Shown: piece by piece, positions 10,896-20,232 of the stretch | Position numbering within the stretch: the stretch's first letter is position 1 | How the letters are laid out: every line of letters begins with the position of its first letter | From: an uncultured Fibrobacter sp. | Lineage (GTDB): Bacteria; Fibrobacterota; Fibrobacteria; Fibrobacterales; Fibrobacteraceae | NCBI GenBank assembly: GCA_946415675.1 | Contig: CAMKTL010000011.1 | Location: 89-64,088, forward strand | Direction: 5' to 3' | DNA length: 64,000 nt | Translations under genes and position numbers: made by a program | The notes under the pieces: generated by a model | The model's database searches: none | What the model was told of the DNA's origin: nothing | The model's input: only the letters and a program-made list of their open reading frames with translations

Positions 10896-11118
10896 TAAAA
10901 TCTCCAAGGACGCAGAACCAACCACCAAGGGTGGTCCAAGTCGGAATATAAAATAAAAAAAAAATTAACGTTTATGTCCAGAAACATAATAATCATACGA
11001 GAATTCCATGTTTTTATACTTATTCAGCTAAAAAACAAAAAAAAATTCATGCTTTTGCGACGTAAAAGCAACCTAATCAACGGGTTAGAGCATCCAACAA
11101 GCAAGAAACAAGGTCTTT

Positions 11119-11877
11119 ATGCAAACCAAAACACCCATCCTTTCTATTCAAAACTTGCGCCGCGATTTCAAAATGGGAACCGAAACCGTGCATGCGCTAC
11201 GCGGAGTGAGCTACGATATTTATAGTGGTGAATTCGTCACCATCATGGGGACCTCGGGGTCCGGCAAATCCACCATGCTGAACATTCTTGGCTGCATGGA
11301 CAGACCGACATCCGGGCACTATATATTAGATGGAGAACACACCGAGACCCTGAAACGCGATGCGCTGGCAAAAATTCGCAGTAAAAAAATCGGGTTCGTA
11401 TTCCAGAGCTACAACCTGCTCAGCCGCACGACCGCTATCGAGAACGTGGAACTTCCATTATTGTATAACCCGGCCATATCGGCAGCGGAACGCCACCATC
11501 GGGCCATCGAAGCACTCAAGAGAGTCGGACTCGAAGGCCGCATGAACCATCTGCCGAACCAGCTTTCGGGCGGTCAGCAACAGCGAGTCGCCATCGCACG
11601 CGCTTTGGTCAACGACCCCGTGATTATACTCGCCGACGAAGCGACCGGAAATCTCGACACCCGCACCAGTTACGAAATCATGATGATATTCCAGGAACTG
11701 AACCGGCAGGGGAAGACAATCGCATTCGTTACGCACGAACCGGACATTGCGACTTTTTCGACCCGTACAATCACCCTTAGGGACGGTTTAGTGAAAAAAG
11801 ATGTCATTAACGAAACCGTGCAAGACGCGAAAGAAGCGTTCGAAGCACTGCCACCCCCGGAAACATTTGACGAATGA
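11119..11877 (+). CDS. ABC transporter ATP-binding protein (MacB/LolD-like)
   Basis: GTSGSGKST, FVFQSYNL, LSGGQQQRVAIARAL, ILADEATGNLD. Confidence 0.93.
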   Translation: MQTKTPILSIQNLRRDFKMGTETVHALRGVSYDIYSGEFVTIMGTSGSGKSTMLNILGCMDRPTSGHYILDGEHTETLKRDALAKIRSKKIGFVFQSYNLLSRTTAIENVELPLLYNPAISAAERHHRAIEALKRVGLEGRMNHLPNQLSGGQQQRVAIARALVNDPVIILADEATGNLDTRTSYEIMMIFQELNRQGKTIAFVTHEPDIATFSTRTITLRDGLVKKDVINETVQDAKEAFEALPPPETFDE

Positions 11878-11989
11878 GTTCCTAGATCCGAGTTACTAGA
11901 ATTTCATTTTCGGGATTCTATAACTACTAACTAAAAACAACACCGAAAGCGCTCTAGTAACTATTAACTATCAACTAGTAACTACAATC
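11878..11989. repeat. TAGTTAC/GTAACTA period-7 element between the ABC genes
   Basis: GAGTTACTAG on the left; TCTAGTAACTATTAACTATCAACTAGTAACTAC immediately before the next ATG. Confidence 0.65.
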
Positions 11990-13195
11990 ATGAATCCATT
12001 TACTTTAGTCAAAATTGCAATCCGTGCACTGCTGCGAAACCGCATGCGCACATTCCTTTCCGTTCTCGGCATCGTCATCGGTGTTGCGGCTGTTATCACC
12101 ATGGTCGCCATGGGTGAAGGCTCCAAGCAATCCATCAAGGAACAGATGACCGCCATGGGAACAAACGCCATCACCATCATGCCGAACCAGAGCCGGCGCG
12201 GAGGCGTGCAATCCGAATCGACGGAAATGCTCGAAGAAGAAGACGTCATCGCTATCCGCGAAAAAGCGACCTACATCAACGGAGTTTCTCCCATGGTCAG
12301 CGTTGGCGGGCAAGCCATTGTCGGCAACAACAACTCCCCCACCACGCTCTCTGGCATTTCCGCGGACTACCTCAAAATCCGCAACTACGAAATCGAAGAC
12401 GGCGTGATGTTCGATGACGAAGCCGACCGCATGGCAAAAGTCTGCGTCGTTGGGCAAGCCGTCGTGAGGAACCTCTTTGGAGGCGAAAACCCCATCGGCA
12501 AAACCATCCGCTACAAGAACATTCCGCTGAAAGTCATCGGGACCTTGAAAGCGAAAGGCTCCGGCGATTTCGGGCAGGACCAGGACGACGTCATCTTCAC
12601 GCCGTACCAGACCGTGATGAGGCGATTCTCCTCGACGACAAGCATCCGCCAAATCTACGCGAACTCCATCGGCGAAGGCTACGCCGCCAAGGCGACCGAA
12701 GAAATCATGAACATCCTCAAGGAACGCCGCAGCTGGACTAAACCCACTGACCCGTTCCGCGTCTTTACACAAGAAGAAATGATCCAGACCGTCACGAGCA
12801 CATCCGACATGCTCTCGCTCGTGCTCACCGCCATTGCAGGAATTAGTTTGTTAGTAGGCGGTATCGGAATCATGAACATCATGTACGTTTCCGTGACCGA
12901 ACGCACCAAGGAAATCGGGCTACGCATGGCTATCGGCGCCCGCGGCAAGGATATCCTCCTGCAATTCCTCATCGAGTCCATCTTGATTAGCCTTCTTGGC
13001 GGCTCCATCGGCATTGGCATTGGCATTGCGGCCTCGGAAATCATCAAGAGCGTGATGAACTGGCCCATGAGCATTTCCATCACGAGCGTTTTCGTGAGCT
13101 TCGGTGTCTGCTGCGCCACAGGCGTATTCTTCGGATGGTACCCCGCCCGCAAGGCATCTCGCCTGGACCCCATCGAAGCGCTAAGGTTTGAGTAA
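11990..13195 (+). CDS. ABC transporter permease (MacB periplasmic core + FtsX)
   Basis: RNRMRTFLSVLGIVIGV, VGGIGIMNIMYVSVTERTKEIGLRMAIGA, LDPIEALRFE. Confidence 0.93.
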   Translation: MNPFTLVKIAIRALLRNRMRTFLSVLGIVIGVAAVITMVAMGEGSKQSIKEQMTAMGTNAITIMPNQSRRGGVQSESTEMLEEEDVIAIREKATYINGVSPMVSVGGQAIVGNNNSPTTLSGISADYLKIRNYEIEDGVMFDDEADRMAKVCVVGQAVVRNLFGGENPIGKTIRYKNIPLKVIGTLKAKGSGDFGQDQDDVIFTPYQTVMRRFSSTTSIRQIYANSIGEGYAAKATEEIMNILKERRSWTKPTDPFRVFTQEEMIQTVTSTSDMLSLVLTAIAGISLLVGGIGIMNIMYVSVTERTKEIGLRMAIGARGKDILLQFLIESILISLLGGSIGIGIGIAASEIIKSVMNWPMSISITSVFVSFGVCCATGVFFGWYPARKASRLDPIEALRFE

Positions 13196-13322
13196 TAAGG
13201 TATGAGGAGTGAGCTCGGGCTCCGCCCTTTGAGGTCGCTTCGCTTTGAGTTTTTCACTCCAAATTCGTAATCTTTTTCATCCTCTCGCCTCTCGTCTCTC
13301 GTCTATAATCTAATTTAATACC

Positions 13323-13961
13323 ATGAATTTCCTCGAATTTTTACAACCGATGCCGGTCGTGGGCATTCTCCGCGACATTCCTCAAGGCGCCGAAGAAGCA
13401 TGCGTAAAGGCAGCTGCCCAGTGCGGCCTCAAGGCAATTGAAGTCACGATGAACACAGCCGCCGCAACAGAAATTATCGCAAAGCTCAAGTCTTATGCGA
13501 GACCTCTCGATATAAAAGTCGGCGCAGGAACAGTGCGTCACGGGAGCGACGTGGAAAAGGCTATTGCCGCAGGTGCGGAATTTCTCGTCACGCCGAATAC
13601 GCGACACGAAGTCATCAGACTGTCCAGTACCGCAGGCATCCCGATTATCCCGGGCGCGCTCACACCGACCGAGGTGCAGAAGGCCTACGACTTGGGCGCA
13701 ACAGCTGTCAAGATTTTCCCGGTGAATTGCGTGGGCGGACCGGATTACATCAAGGCTTTGCGCGGGCCGTTCCGCGACATTCCATTGATGGCTTGTGGCG
13801 GCGTGAACGCAGAAAACGCAGCTAGCTATCTCAAGGCCGGCGCAAACCTGCTCTCGTTCGGAGCAAGCATTTTCAATGTAGAACAAATGAAATCAGGCGA
13901 CTGGATAACCATCGAAACAAATCTCACAAAGCTGCTTAACGCTGTAAGAGCAGCAGTGTAA
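13323..13961 (+). CDS. eda: KDPG/KHG aldolase
   Basis: GILR, IEVT, VGAGTV, PGALTPTE, Schiff-base Lys in VKIFP, GGVN. Confidence 0.9.
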   Translation: MNFLEFLQPMPVVGILRDIPQGAEEACVKAAAQCGLKAIEVTMNTAAATEIIAKLKSYARPLDIKVGAGTVRHGSDVEKAIAAGAEFLVTPNTRHEVIRLSSTAGIPIIPGALTPTEVQKAYDLGATAVKIFPVNCVGGPDYIKALRGPFRDIPLMACGGVNAENAASYLKAGANLLSFGASIFNVEQMKSGDWITIETNLTKLLNAVRAAV

Positions 13962-13989
13962 GACGACTGATGAAAATCACGACGACACT

Positions 13990-14018
13990 AAAAAGGCCGC
14001 TGTAAAGCGGCTTCTTTT
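13990..14018. terminator. Bidirectional terminator between convergent genes
   Basis: AAAAGGCCGC-tgtaaa-GCGGCTTCTTTT. Confidence 0.7.
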
Positions 14019-14429
14019 TTACTTCTTGGCTTTGTTCGCCAGTTCTTCTTCGAGTTTCTTGTTGCGGCTATCCTGCATTTCGCAGACGTTTTTCAAATTA
14101 TTGATTTCGACACTTTGCTTCGCCACTTGTTCCTTGAGGTCTTCGCACTTGGCAGCGAAAGTCTGCTCCGATTCGATGCGGCTGCTCAGTTCCTTGCGGA
14201 GGCTCTCTATGGAATTGCGAAGCTGTTCGATTGTGGAATTTGAATCCTTCTTTTCGGGAGTCTCATCTGTTTCCTTCTTGACAGCATCACCTTCGACTTC
14301 TTTCGAAACTGGATTGTCGCAAGAGTCGCATTTTTCTTCGCAGGAACAGCAATTAAAAAACTTCTTCGTGAACGCAACGGTAGCTGCGGCACCAAGAACG
14401 GCACCTAGAAAAAAACTATTGGTCTTCAT
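14019..14429 (-). CDS. Hypothetical protein: YtxH-like N-terminal anchor, Cys-rich patch, coiled coil
   Basis: FFLGAVLGAAATV, NCCSCEEKCDSCD, heptad-rich C-terminus; AGGAG upstream of ATG 14429. Confidence 0.7.
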   Translation of the reverse strand: MKTNSFFLGAVLGAAATVAFTKKFFNCCSCEEKCDSCDNPVSKEVEGDAVKKETDETPEKKDSNSTIEQLRNSIESLRKELSSRIESEQTFAAKCEDLKEQVAKQSVEINNLKNVCEMQDSRNKKLEEELANKAKK

Positions 14430-14611
14430 TATTGAACTCCTTGTTAGACATTCACTTAATAATATCAATTATACAAACTCAAAAGTCAATAGATTGCCTC
14501 AAACAAAAGTATCCTTAAAGTGATATGGAACAAAATTTCCATAGAAAATGCAATATATTTATAAAAAACTTATATTTCATAATATAATATGAGATAATAT
14601 GAGATAGTCCT

Positions 14612-16237
14612 ATGCCACATCCTCTATACTCAGTCCTAGCTTTTACGTGTTTTATCGTCCTGCTGATTTTCAGGAATCAGTTCAAGCTTGTATTGGACGA
14701 AAGCGAACAGACCGATAAAGACTTCCTTTTCCTTTCCAACTGGGTCACGCTATTTTGCCTCCAGGACGGCTTATGGGGATTTATCGGGAGCGGCGTCATC
14801 CAGAACAACGACCTATTCTTTATTTCGTCAACGGTTTTTCATGCGGCCACGGCAATATCGGCCTTCATTTGGCTCAACTACATTTTGAATTTCATCCACA
14901 TGGGACGTAACAAGGCAATTCCTGCAAAGGCCCTTGCAATAGCTCTCGTGCTGTTCCAGTTCGTGCTGCTCGGGATGAACTTCGAGTCCAAGTCCATTTT
15001 CAACATAAGCGAAAACGGTTATTACACAACAAGCCCAGACATAGACCTGCTTTTCTACAGCCAGTATTTTACGTTCTTCATCACGGGGCTCTTCATTGCG
15101 TTCAAAATCCACAAGACCATGGACATGAACACCAAGCGCCGCTACTTTACTGCGTTCCTGTTCATTTTTGCGCCTATCCTCTGCGGTATTTTCCAGATAA
15201 AGTTCCCGTTCGCGCCCTGCAATTCCATCGGTTCAATGCTCGGCTGCTGCATTATCTACGCTTTCTTCATTACGCAAATGAGCCGGAACAGAGACCTCTC
15301 GCAGAAAGCGGTCATTATCGCTGGGCTTTCGTCGGACTATGATTTGGTCGTCTATGTCGATCTCGTCAAGAATCAGGCGAAATACTACCAGGTGAGCGAC
15401 AAGTTCGCCCCGCTCCTCTGGGAAGGCCGCGAATCTACCGATCCAAAGATTTTCGACAACTTGATGAGACGCATTTACATTCCCAACGAAATGAGCGGAT
15501 TCATCGAAAGATCGACTCTGGAAAAATGCATCGAACTGTTAAAGACTTCCACGCATTATACCATTCCGTTCTTTGCAAACGTTAACGGGTACCCGGAACA
15601 TTATCGCTTGAAAATAGCAAGCGACAAGAGCAACACCCAGTCGTTTATCGTCGGCATCATCAATGTCGAAGAAGAACACAGCCTCGAAGTCGTTGCCAAG
15701 AAACTACAGAAAGACCTCCAGCATACAATGCTCATTGCAAACAAGGACCCACTCACGGGAGTCGGGAGCGCTGTCGCTTTCAAGGCAAAGTGCGAGCTTA
15801 TCAACAACGAGATAAAGACCAAGGACGATTTGAAGTTCGCCATTATAGAATGCGATGTGAACAACTTAAAATTCATCAACGATTCGTTCGGGCATGATAT
15901 GGGCAGCGCCTACATCAAGAACTGCTGCAAGGTTTTCTGCAACACGTTCAAGCACAGTCCCGTCTATCGAACCGGCGGCGATGAATTTGTCATCATCCTG
16001 TTCGATACGGAATACGACAACCGCATAGTGCTTTTCGAAAAACTGAAGTCCTGCATCAACAACAAGGTGTTCGCCCCCACCGAAAGCATCTCTTTTGCGG
16101 CAGGCATGGCGGATTTCGACGCCACGAAGGACAAGAGCGTAATGGACGTATTCAAGCGGGCTGACGCCTCCATGTACGACCACAAGAACCAGATGAAGAA
16201 TAAAAAGAACGCCGACATGTCTGCCGGCGAACGATAG
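14612..16237 (+). CDS. Membrane-bound diguanylate cyclase (~7 TM + PAS-like region + GGDEF)
   Basis: DPLTGV, DVNNLKFINDSFGHDMG, RTGGDEF, RADASMY. No RxxD I-site precedes GGDEF. Confidence 0.9.
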   Translation: MPHPLYSVLAFTCFIVLLIFRNQFKLVLDESEQTDKDFLFLSNWVTLFCLQDGLWGFIGSGVIQNNDLFFISSTVFHAATAISAFIWLNYILNFIHMGRNKAIPAKALAIALVLFQFVLLGMNFESKSIFNISENGYYTTSPDIDLLFYSQYFTFFITGLFIAFKIHKTMDMNTKRRYFTAFLFIFAPILCGIFQIKFPFAPCNSIGSMLGCCIIYAFFITQMSRNRDLSQKAVIIAGLSSDYDLVVYVDLVKNQAKYYQVSDKFAPLLWEGRESTDPKIFDNLMRRIYIPNEMSGFIERSTLEKCIELLKTSTHYTIPFFANVNGYPEHYRLKIASDKSNTQSFIVGIINVEEEHSLEVVAKKLQKDLQHTMLIANKDPLTGVGSAVAFKAKCELINNEIKTKDDLKFAIIECDVNNLKFINDSFGHDMGSAYIKNCCKVFCNTFKHSPVYRTGGDEFVIILFDTEYDNRIVLFEKLKSCINNKVFAPTESISFAAGMADFDATKDKSVMDVFKRADASMYDHKNQMKNKKNADMSAGER

Positions 16238-16250
16238 TCTGACATTTTTC

Positions 16251-16275
16251 GCCCGCCGATACGGCGGGCATTTTT
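16251..16275 (+). terminator. Intrinsic terminator of the GGDEF gene
   Basis: GCCCGCCG-ATA-CGGCGGGC followed by ATTTTT. Confidence 0.75.
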
Positions 16276-16310
16276 CGTCTATAGCCGCTATGCGGCTTTT
16301 TCTGTCTTAT

Positions 16311-16676
16311 TTACACGTGCTTGATTTTATTTTCGCCTTCATCCCAGTTCTTGCCGTCACAAACAAACTTGTATTCGTAATCGCCAGGAACGAGGGAAAT
16401 CTTTGCAGCCCAAAGGCCCGTCTTCTTGTTCTTCTTGAGCATGTTTTTATCGATAGCCCAATCGTTAAAAGAACCAGCAACGGATACGGTCGTAGCAAGC
16501 GGGCAATCCGCTACGAACTCGACAGCGACTTTTTTGGGAGCAGCGGCCTTTGCAGGCTTAGCGACCTTCTTTGCAACGGTCTTGGTTTCTTTTGCCGGAG
16601 TGGCTTTCGGAGCCTTCACCGCAGCCGTCTTCTTTGCAGCCGGTTTTACATCGACAATTTTAGAATTTTTTGGCAT
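16311..16676 (-). CDS. CBM48/AMPK-type glycogen-binding protein with a Lys/Ala/Pro-rich N-terminal tail
   Basis: VSVAGSFNDW...GLW...LVPGDYEYKFVCDGKNW; N-terminus KPAAKKTAAVKAPKATPAKETKTVAKKVAKPAKAAAPKK; GAGGAG RBS. Confidence 0.82.
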   Translation of the reverse strand: MPKNSKIVDVKPAAKKTAAVKAPKATPAKETKTVAKKVAKPAKAAAPKKVAVEFVADCPLATTVSVAGSFNDWAIDKNMLKKNKKTGLWAAKISLVPGDYEYKFVCDGKNWDEGENKIKHV

Positions 16677-16759
16677 AGTTAATCTCCTCTTATTCTTAGT
16701 GACCTAAAATTTAGTAAAAAAAAATTTAATTTCCTAGATATTTTGCTACATTTTTCAAC

Positions 16760-17413
16760 ATGCTAAAACAAATCATCGCTCCAAGCGTCTTGAACGCAAA
16801 CTTCCTCGAACTCGGCAACGGCCTCAAGGCCATCGAAAACGGAGGCGCCGGTCTCGTCCACCTCGACATCATGGACGGGCACTTTGTCCCGAACATCAGT
16901 TTCGGTCCAGGCATTTCCGCCTGCGTGAAGAAAGGCACCAAGCTCCCGCTCGATTGCCACCTGATGATCGAGAATCCCGAAAAATACGTGGGCGAATTTG
17001 CTAAAGCAGGCGCAAGCATCATCAGCGTGCACGCCGAAACGACGAATCACCTCGACCGTCTGTTGCACCAGATTGCAGAACTCGGCGTCAAGCCCGCGGT
17101 GGCCATCAACCCGGCAACACCTCTAGAAAGCATCAAGTACGTACTCGACATCGTCGATATGGTGCTCATCATGTCCGTGAACCCAGGATTCGGCGGCCAA
17201 AGCCTGATTCCCTATTGTCTCGACAAGATTCGCGAACTTCGCGCACTCAAGCCGGAACTCGATATCCAGATTGACGGTGGCGTGAAGCTCGACAACATCC
17301 TCAAATGCAAGGAAGCGGGCGCAAATGTGTTCGTCGTCGGAAGTGCAATCTTCGGAAAGCCTGATCCCGAAGCCGTCTGTCGCGAATTTGTGAATTTAGT
17401 GGAAAGCAAGTAG
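16760..17413 (+). CDS. rpe: Ribulose-phosphate 3-epimerase
   Basis: IAPSVL, VHLDIMDGHFVPN, DCHLM, MSVNPGFGGQ, IDGG, VVGSAIF. Confidence 0.96.
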   Translation: MLKQIIAPSVLNANFLELGNGLKAIENGGAGLVHLDIMDGHFVPNISFGPGISACVKKGTKLPLDCHLMIENPEKYVGEFAKAGASIISVHAETTNHLDRLLHQIAELGVKPAVAINPATPLESIKYVLDIVDMVLIMSVNPGFGGQSLIPYCLDKIRELRALKPELDIQIDGGVKLDNILKCKEAGANVFVVGSAIFGKPDPEAVCREFVNLVESK

Positions 17414-17426
17414 CTGAACCGAGCGC

Positions 17427-18359
17427 TTAGAAACGGCTGAAAATGCCGCCCTTATAAAGCAAGTCCAGCGTATTCAAATAACGTCTATAACCGGCCGTAT
17501 CAGTGCACGAATTTGTCTTGCAATATTCGTCCACTTCCTTAACAATAAACGGTATGGTCGAAAATTCTCTATTCTTCAGTAGAGACCTTACTTTTTTGCG
17601 GTTGCGGTCATCGACTTTTTTATCCTGCGAAATCTTTTCGACCAGCTTATATGGCAAAACCTTCTTTGCGTCAGGCGAAACATCGTCCGGATTGCCCTGA
17701 AGAACTTCTGAATAGCCGTCACCGAAAAATATTCTTTTTATGTTCGAACTCGGTATGTAATAGCCGTAGCGTCTTATGTCAATGACGGAATCGCGGTCCT
17801 GATAAAGGAAATATCCCGACTTGACAATCATCGTCATGGTTACAATGGAATCATCCGTAGCAGGACGGACCCACCTCTTTTGGCTTCGATCATAATAATA
17901 ATCAACATGGATTTTTATCCATTCCATGTTGATAAAATTAAACCTGTTCATAAGATGTTTGTACGTATTACGGACATCCGGAGTCGCCTTTTGCAAAAGG
18001 ATTTCGTTCTTCAACATCATTTGACGGTTCAGCTCGTCAAAAAGATTTTCCGATGCGAACAAGTTATCATCAACATCCACATCCAAAAAACGTTCATCAT
18101 TTACATCCAATACATATCCATACACTGGAACAAATTTGCCACTTGGTTTTTCAAGCTTCGAACGCACCGAAGGGAGCTCCATCCTTTTCGAAATAAGCGA
18201 AATAATCTTTTCTTCAAAAATTTTTTCCATTCCGCTGTTCGTGGAGAAGCCCGTTCCTAGCGGCATTGCAGGTTCAAAGGCACAAGCCTCCTTAGGCAAC
18301 AAGAAAAGCATCGATAAAACTATTACAAAACAAAACGAAAAGATAGAACGTGAAATCAT
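17427..18359 (-). CDS. Hypothetical exported protein
   Basis: 310-aa ORF with a signal peptide-like N-terminus; no family recognised. Confidence 0.65.
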   Translation of the reverse strand: MISRSIFSFCFVIVLSMLFLLPKEACAFEPAMPLGTGFSTNSGMEKIFEEKIISLISKRMELPSVRSKLEKPSGKFVPVYGYVLDVNDERFLDVDVDDNLFASENLFDELNRQMMLKNEILLQKATPDVRNTYKHLMNRFNFINMEWIKIHVDYYYDRSQKRWVRPATDDSIVTMTMIVKSGYFLYQDRDSVIDIRRYGYYIPSSNIKRIFFGDGYSEVLQGNPDDVSPDAKKVLPYKLVEKISQDKKVDDRNRKKVRSLLKNREFSTIPFIVKEVDEYCKTNSCTDTAGYRRYLNTLDLLYKGGIFSRF

Positions 18360-18399
18360 ATCCGTAATATATAATATTTAGTCGAAAGTAGGCGGAATT

Positions 18400-20154
18400 C
18401 TATATTCCGGCACCATTCAAACGATAGGACTTCTCGCCGTCACGGATAATCACGCTGTTGCGTTCCCTCTGAACGAAGGGAGCGTTTTGCTTTTGCTCAG
18501 TACTCGACGGAAGAACGCGGGGAAGGCCTGTCCGTTCGCATTCTCCCATGAGAAAACTTCCTATATAGGCATCGCTTTCTAAATTGCCCACGTAAGGATT
18601 TTTATTTGCAAAATGGATGCAATCTTCAGGGTTCTTTTCACTGCAAACTTTTAATTCAACATCCAAACGGACTCCAGACCAGTTCGAAAAACAGCCCACA
18701 TCCGCCTCGATAGAAAGCTCGTTGTTTCCGTCGAACGTCATCACCGTATCCGCACCCTTGATTTCAATTTTACGGCTATATACCTTCATAAAATCGACAT
18801 GCTCAAGCGGTTTATTGATATTGAGTGCAGCGATTGTATCTAGCGGTCCGATATTAGTCATTCCGTGAACATATAACGACACCTTCATCTTGCGCGTCAA
18901 GTTGCCAAAGCCCACGTTCTGGATGCGCAATTTCGCACGTAAAATTCCATTGCCGCTCACCGTATCGCTCATCCACGATTCACGCAGCACAAAGCGGTAA
19001 CCCAAATGATCGTTGATATACTTGAATCCCGAAAGCGAATCGACACGCGCCGGGTCGTAGTCGAAATCCTTCTGCTTGAAGAGAGTTTTTTTCCAGCTGT
19101 CAATCAGGTTGTTGTTCCACTGGACATTCAAATAGCTTGTATGCGTGCGGAAGCCCTCGTAAGAGAGAAACTCCGGCGTATTGATGACCTCGTAACCGCC
19201 TGCCGTCGTGAGCGCCTCGCCACCGTAGGGCGTGTTGATGCCGTACTTCTCGAGCCAGGCCACGCCTTCTTCGCGGCAGATGGATGTAGCACAGTCCGCA
19301 CCCCACGTGCCGTAATCGTATTGCGTTCCCAAGTAGCCGTCATTGAACATTCCCACACGGTACATGGTATCGCCCTTCGCCTTCGCAATCTCCGCAAACT
19401 TCTCGCCGTCAATGTGGAAGTCAACGCCCCAGTTGTCAAAGCCCAGCACCTTCGCGGAGTAGTTTCCTGTGCGGGTCAGAATCTTCAATTCCGGCGGAGT
19501 GTTACGGAGCATCAAGTTCGTCGCCTCGGCAACGCGGTCGTAAGTGATATTCGTGTCAGAATGCATCTCGCCGTAGGCGCCGTGCATGCCCATCTCGAGC
19601 GCAACAATTACATCCGTATTCTTCGAGAGCACCGGCGCCAACTGCTTCACGTGCTTCAACACCCACTCGTGGGCCGGAGTCACGTTGCTGCGCCCGTTGT
19701 ACCACGGGTCGTAACAGATGCGCACAATCGCGTGCCCACCAAAGCTGCGAATGTTGTCAAAGGTCTGTTGCAAAACATTCAGGGCGTCTTCGGTCAGGTC
19801 CTGGCTCACGCCGCGCACCGTATCGCGTTTCCCTCCCGTCGTGTCAATCGAGAGCCATGCGTTGCTGCTGAATTCCGAAATCTCCGCCCGCAAGTGCAAC
19901 AACTTGCCATACGGTTTTTCAATCGCCTTGCCGCCCGAGGGTTTTAAATGCAACACTTGCGGCGTATAGAACCCGCGGTCGAAATTGTCAAGCGTCGCCA
20001 TCGCGTCAGTCGTGTCGATATCCTGCTTCACGAGACCAGCCGCAAAGAGCGGGGCCTGAAAAAAAGCCACCAAAACAAATATAAGGGAGAGCTTAGCAAA
20101 AGCGCTCAAACACAATAGGCGAAAACCAGAAAAACTCATACTTGTAATATACAT
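18400..20154 (-). CDS. DUF4874/DUF4832-like putative glycoside hydrolase-fold protein
   Basis: NFDRGFY, AIVRICY, GMHGAYGEMH, GMFNDGYL, YGGE, HTSYLN, INDHLGYRFVL, NVGFGN. The exact start is uncertain. Confidence 0.7.
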   Translation of the reverse strand: MYITSMSFSGFRLLCLSAFAKLSLIFVLVAFFQAPLFAAGLVKQDIDTTDAMATLDNFDRGFYTPQVLHLKPSGGKAIEKPYGKLLHLRAEISEFSSNAWLSIDTTGGKRDTVRGVSQDLTEDALNVLQQTFDNIRSFGGHAIVRICYDPWYNGRSNVTPAHEWVLKHVKQLAPVLSKNTDVIVALEMGMHGAYGEMHSDTNITYDRVAEATNLMLRNTPPELKILTRTGNYSAKVLGFDNWGVDFHIDGEKFAEIAKAKGDTMYRVGMFNDGYLGTQYDYGTWGADCATSICREEGVAWLEKYGINTPYGGEALTTAGGYEVINTPEFLSYEGFRTHTSYLNVQWNNNLIDSWKKTLFKQKDFDYDPARVDSLSGFKYINDHLGYRFVLRESWMSDTVSGNGILRAKLRIQNVGFGNLTRKMKVSLYVHGMTNIGPLDTIAALNINKPLEHVDFMKVYSRKIEIKGADTVMTFDGNNELSIEADVGCFSNWSGVRLDVELKVCSEKNPEDCIHFANKNPYVGNLESDAYIGSFLMGECERTGLPRVLPSSTEQKQNAPFVQRERNSVIIRDGEKSYRLNGAGI

Positions 20155-20180
20155 AGTTTTGAAAAGGGAAGAAGAAAGAA

Positions 20181-20206
20181 AAAGCCTTCCCTTACGGAAA
20201 GGCTTT
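20181..20206 (-). terminator. Terminator of the esterase gene
   Basis: AAAGCC-TTCC...GGAA-AGGCTTT hairpin followed on the minus strand by a pyrimidine run. Confidence 0.65.
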
Positions 20207-20232
20207 GTTTTGGGGTGTGAAAAAAACTCAAA

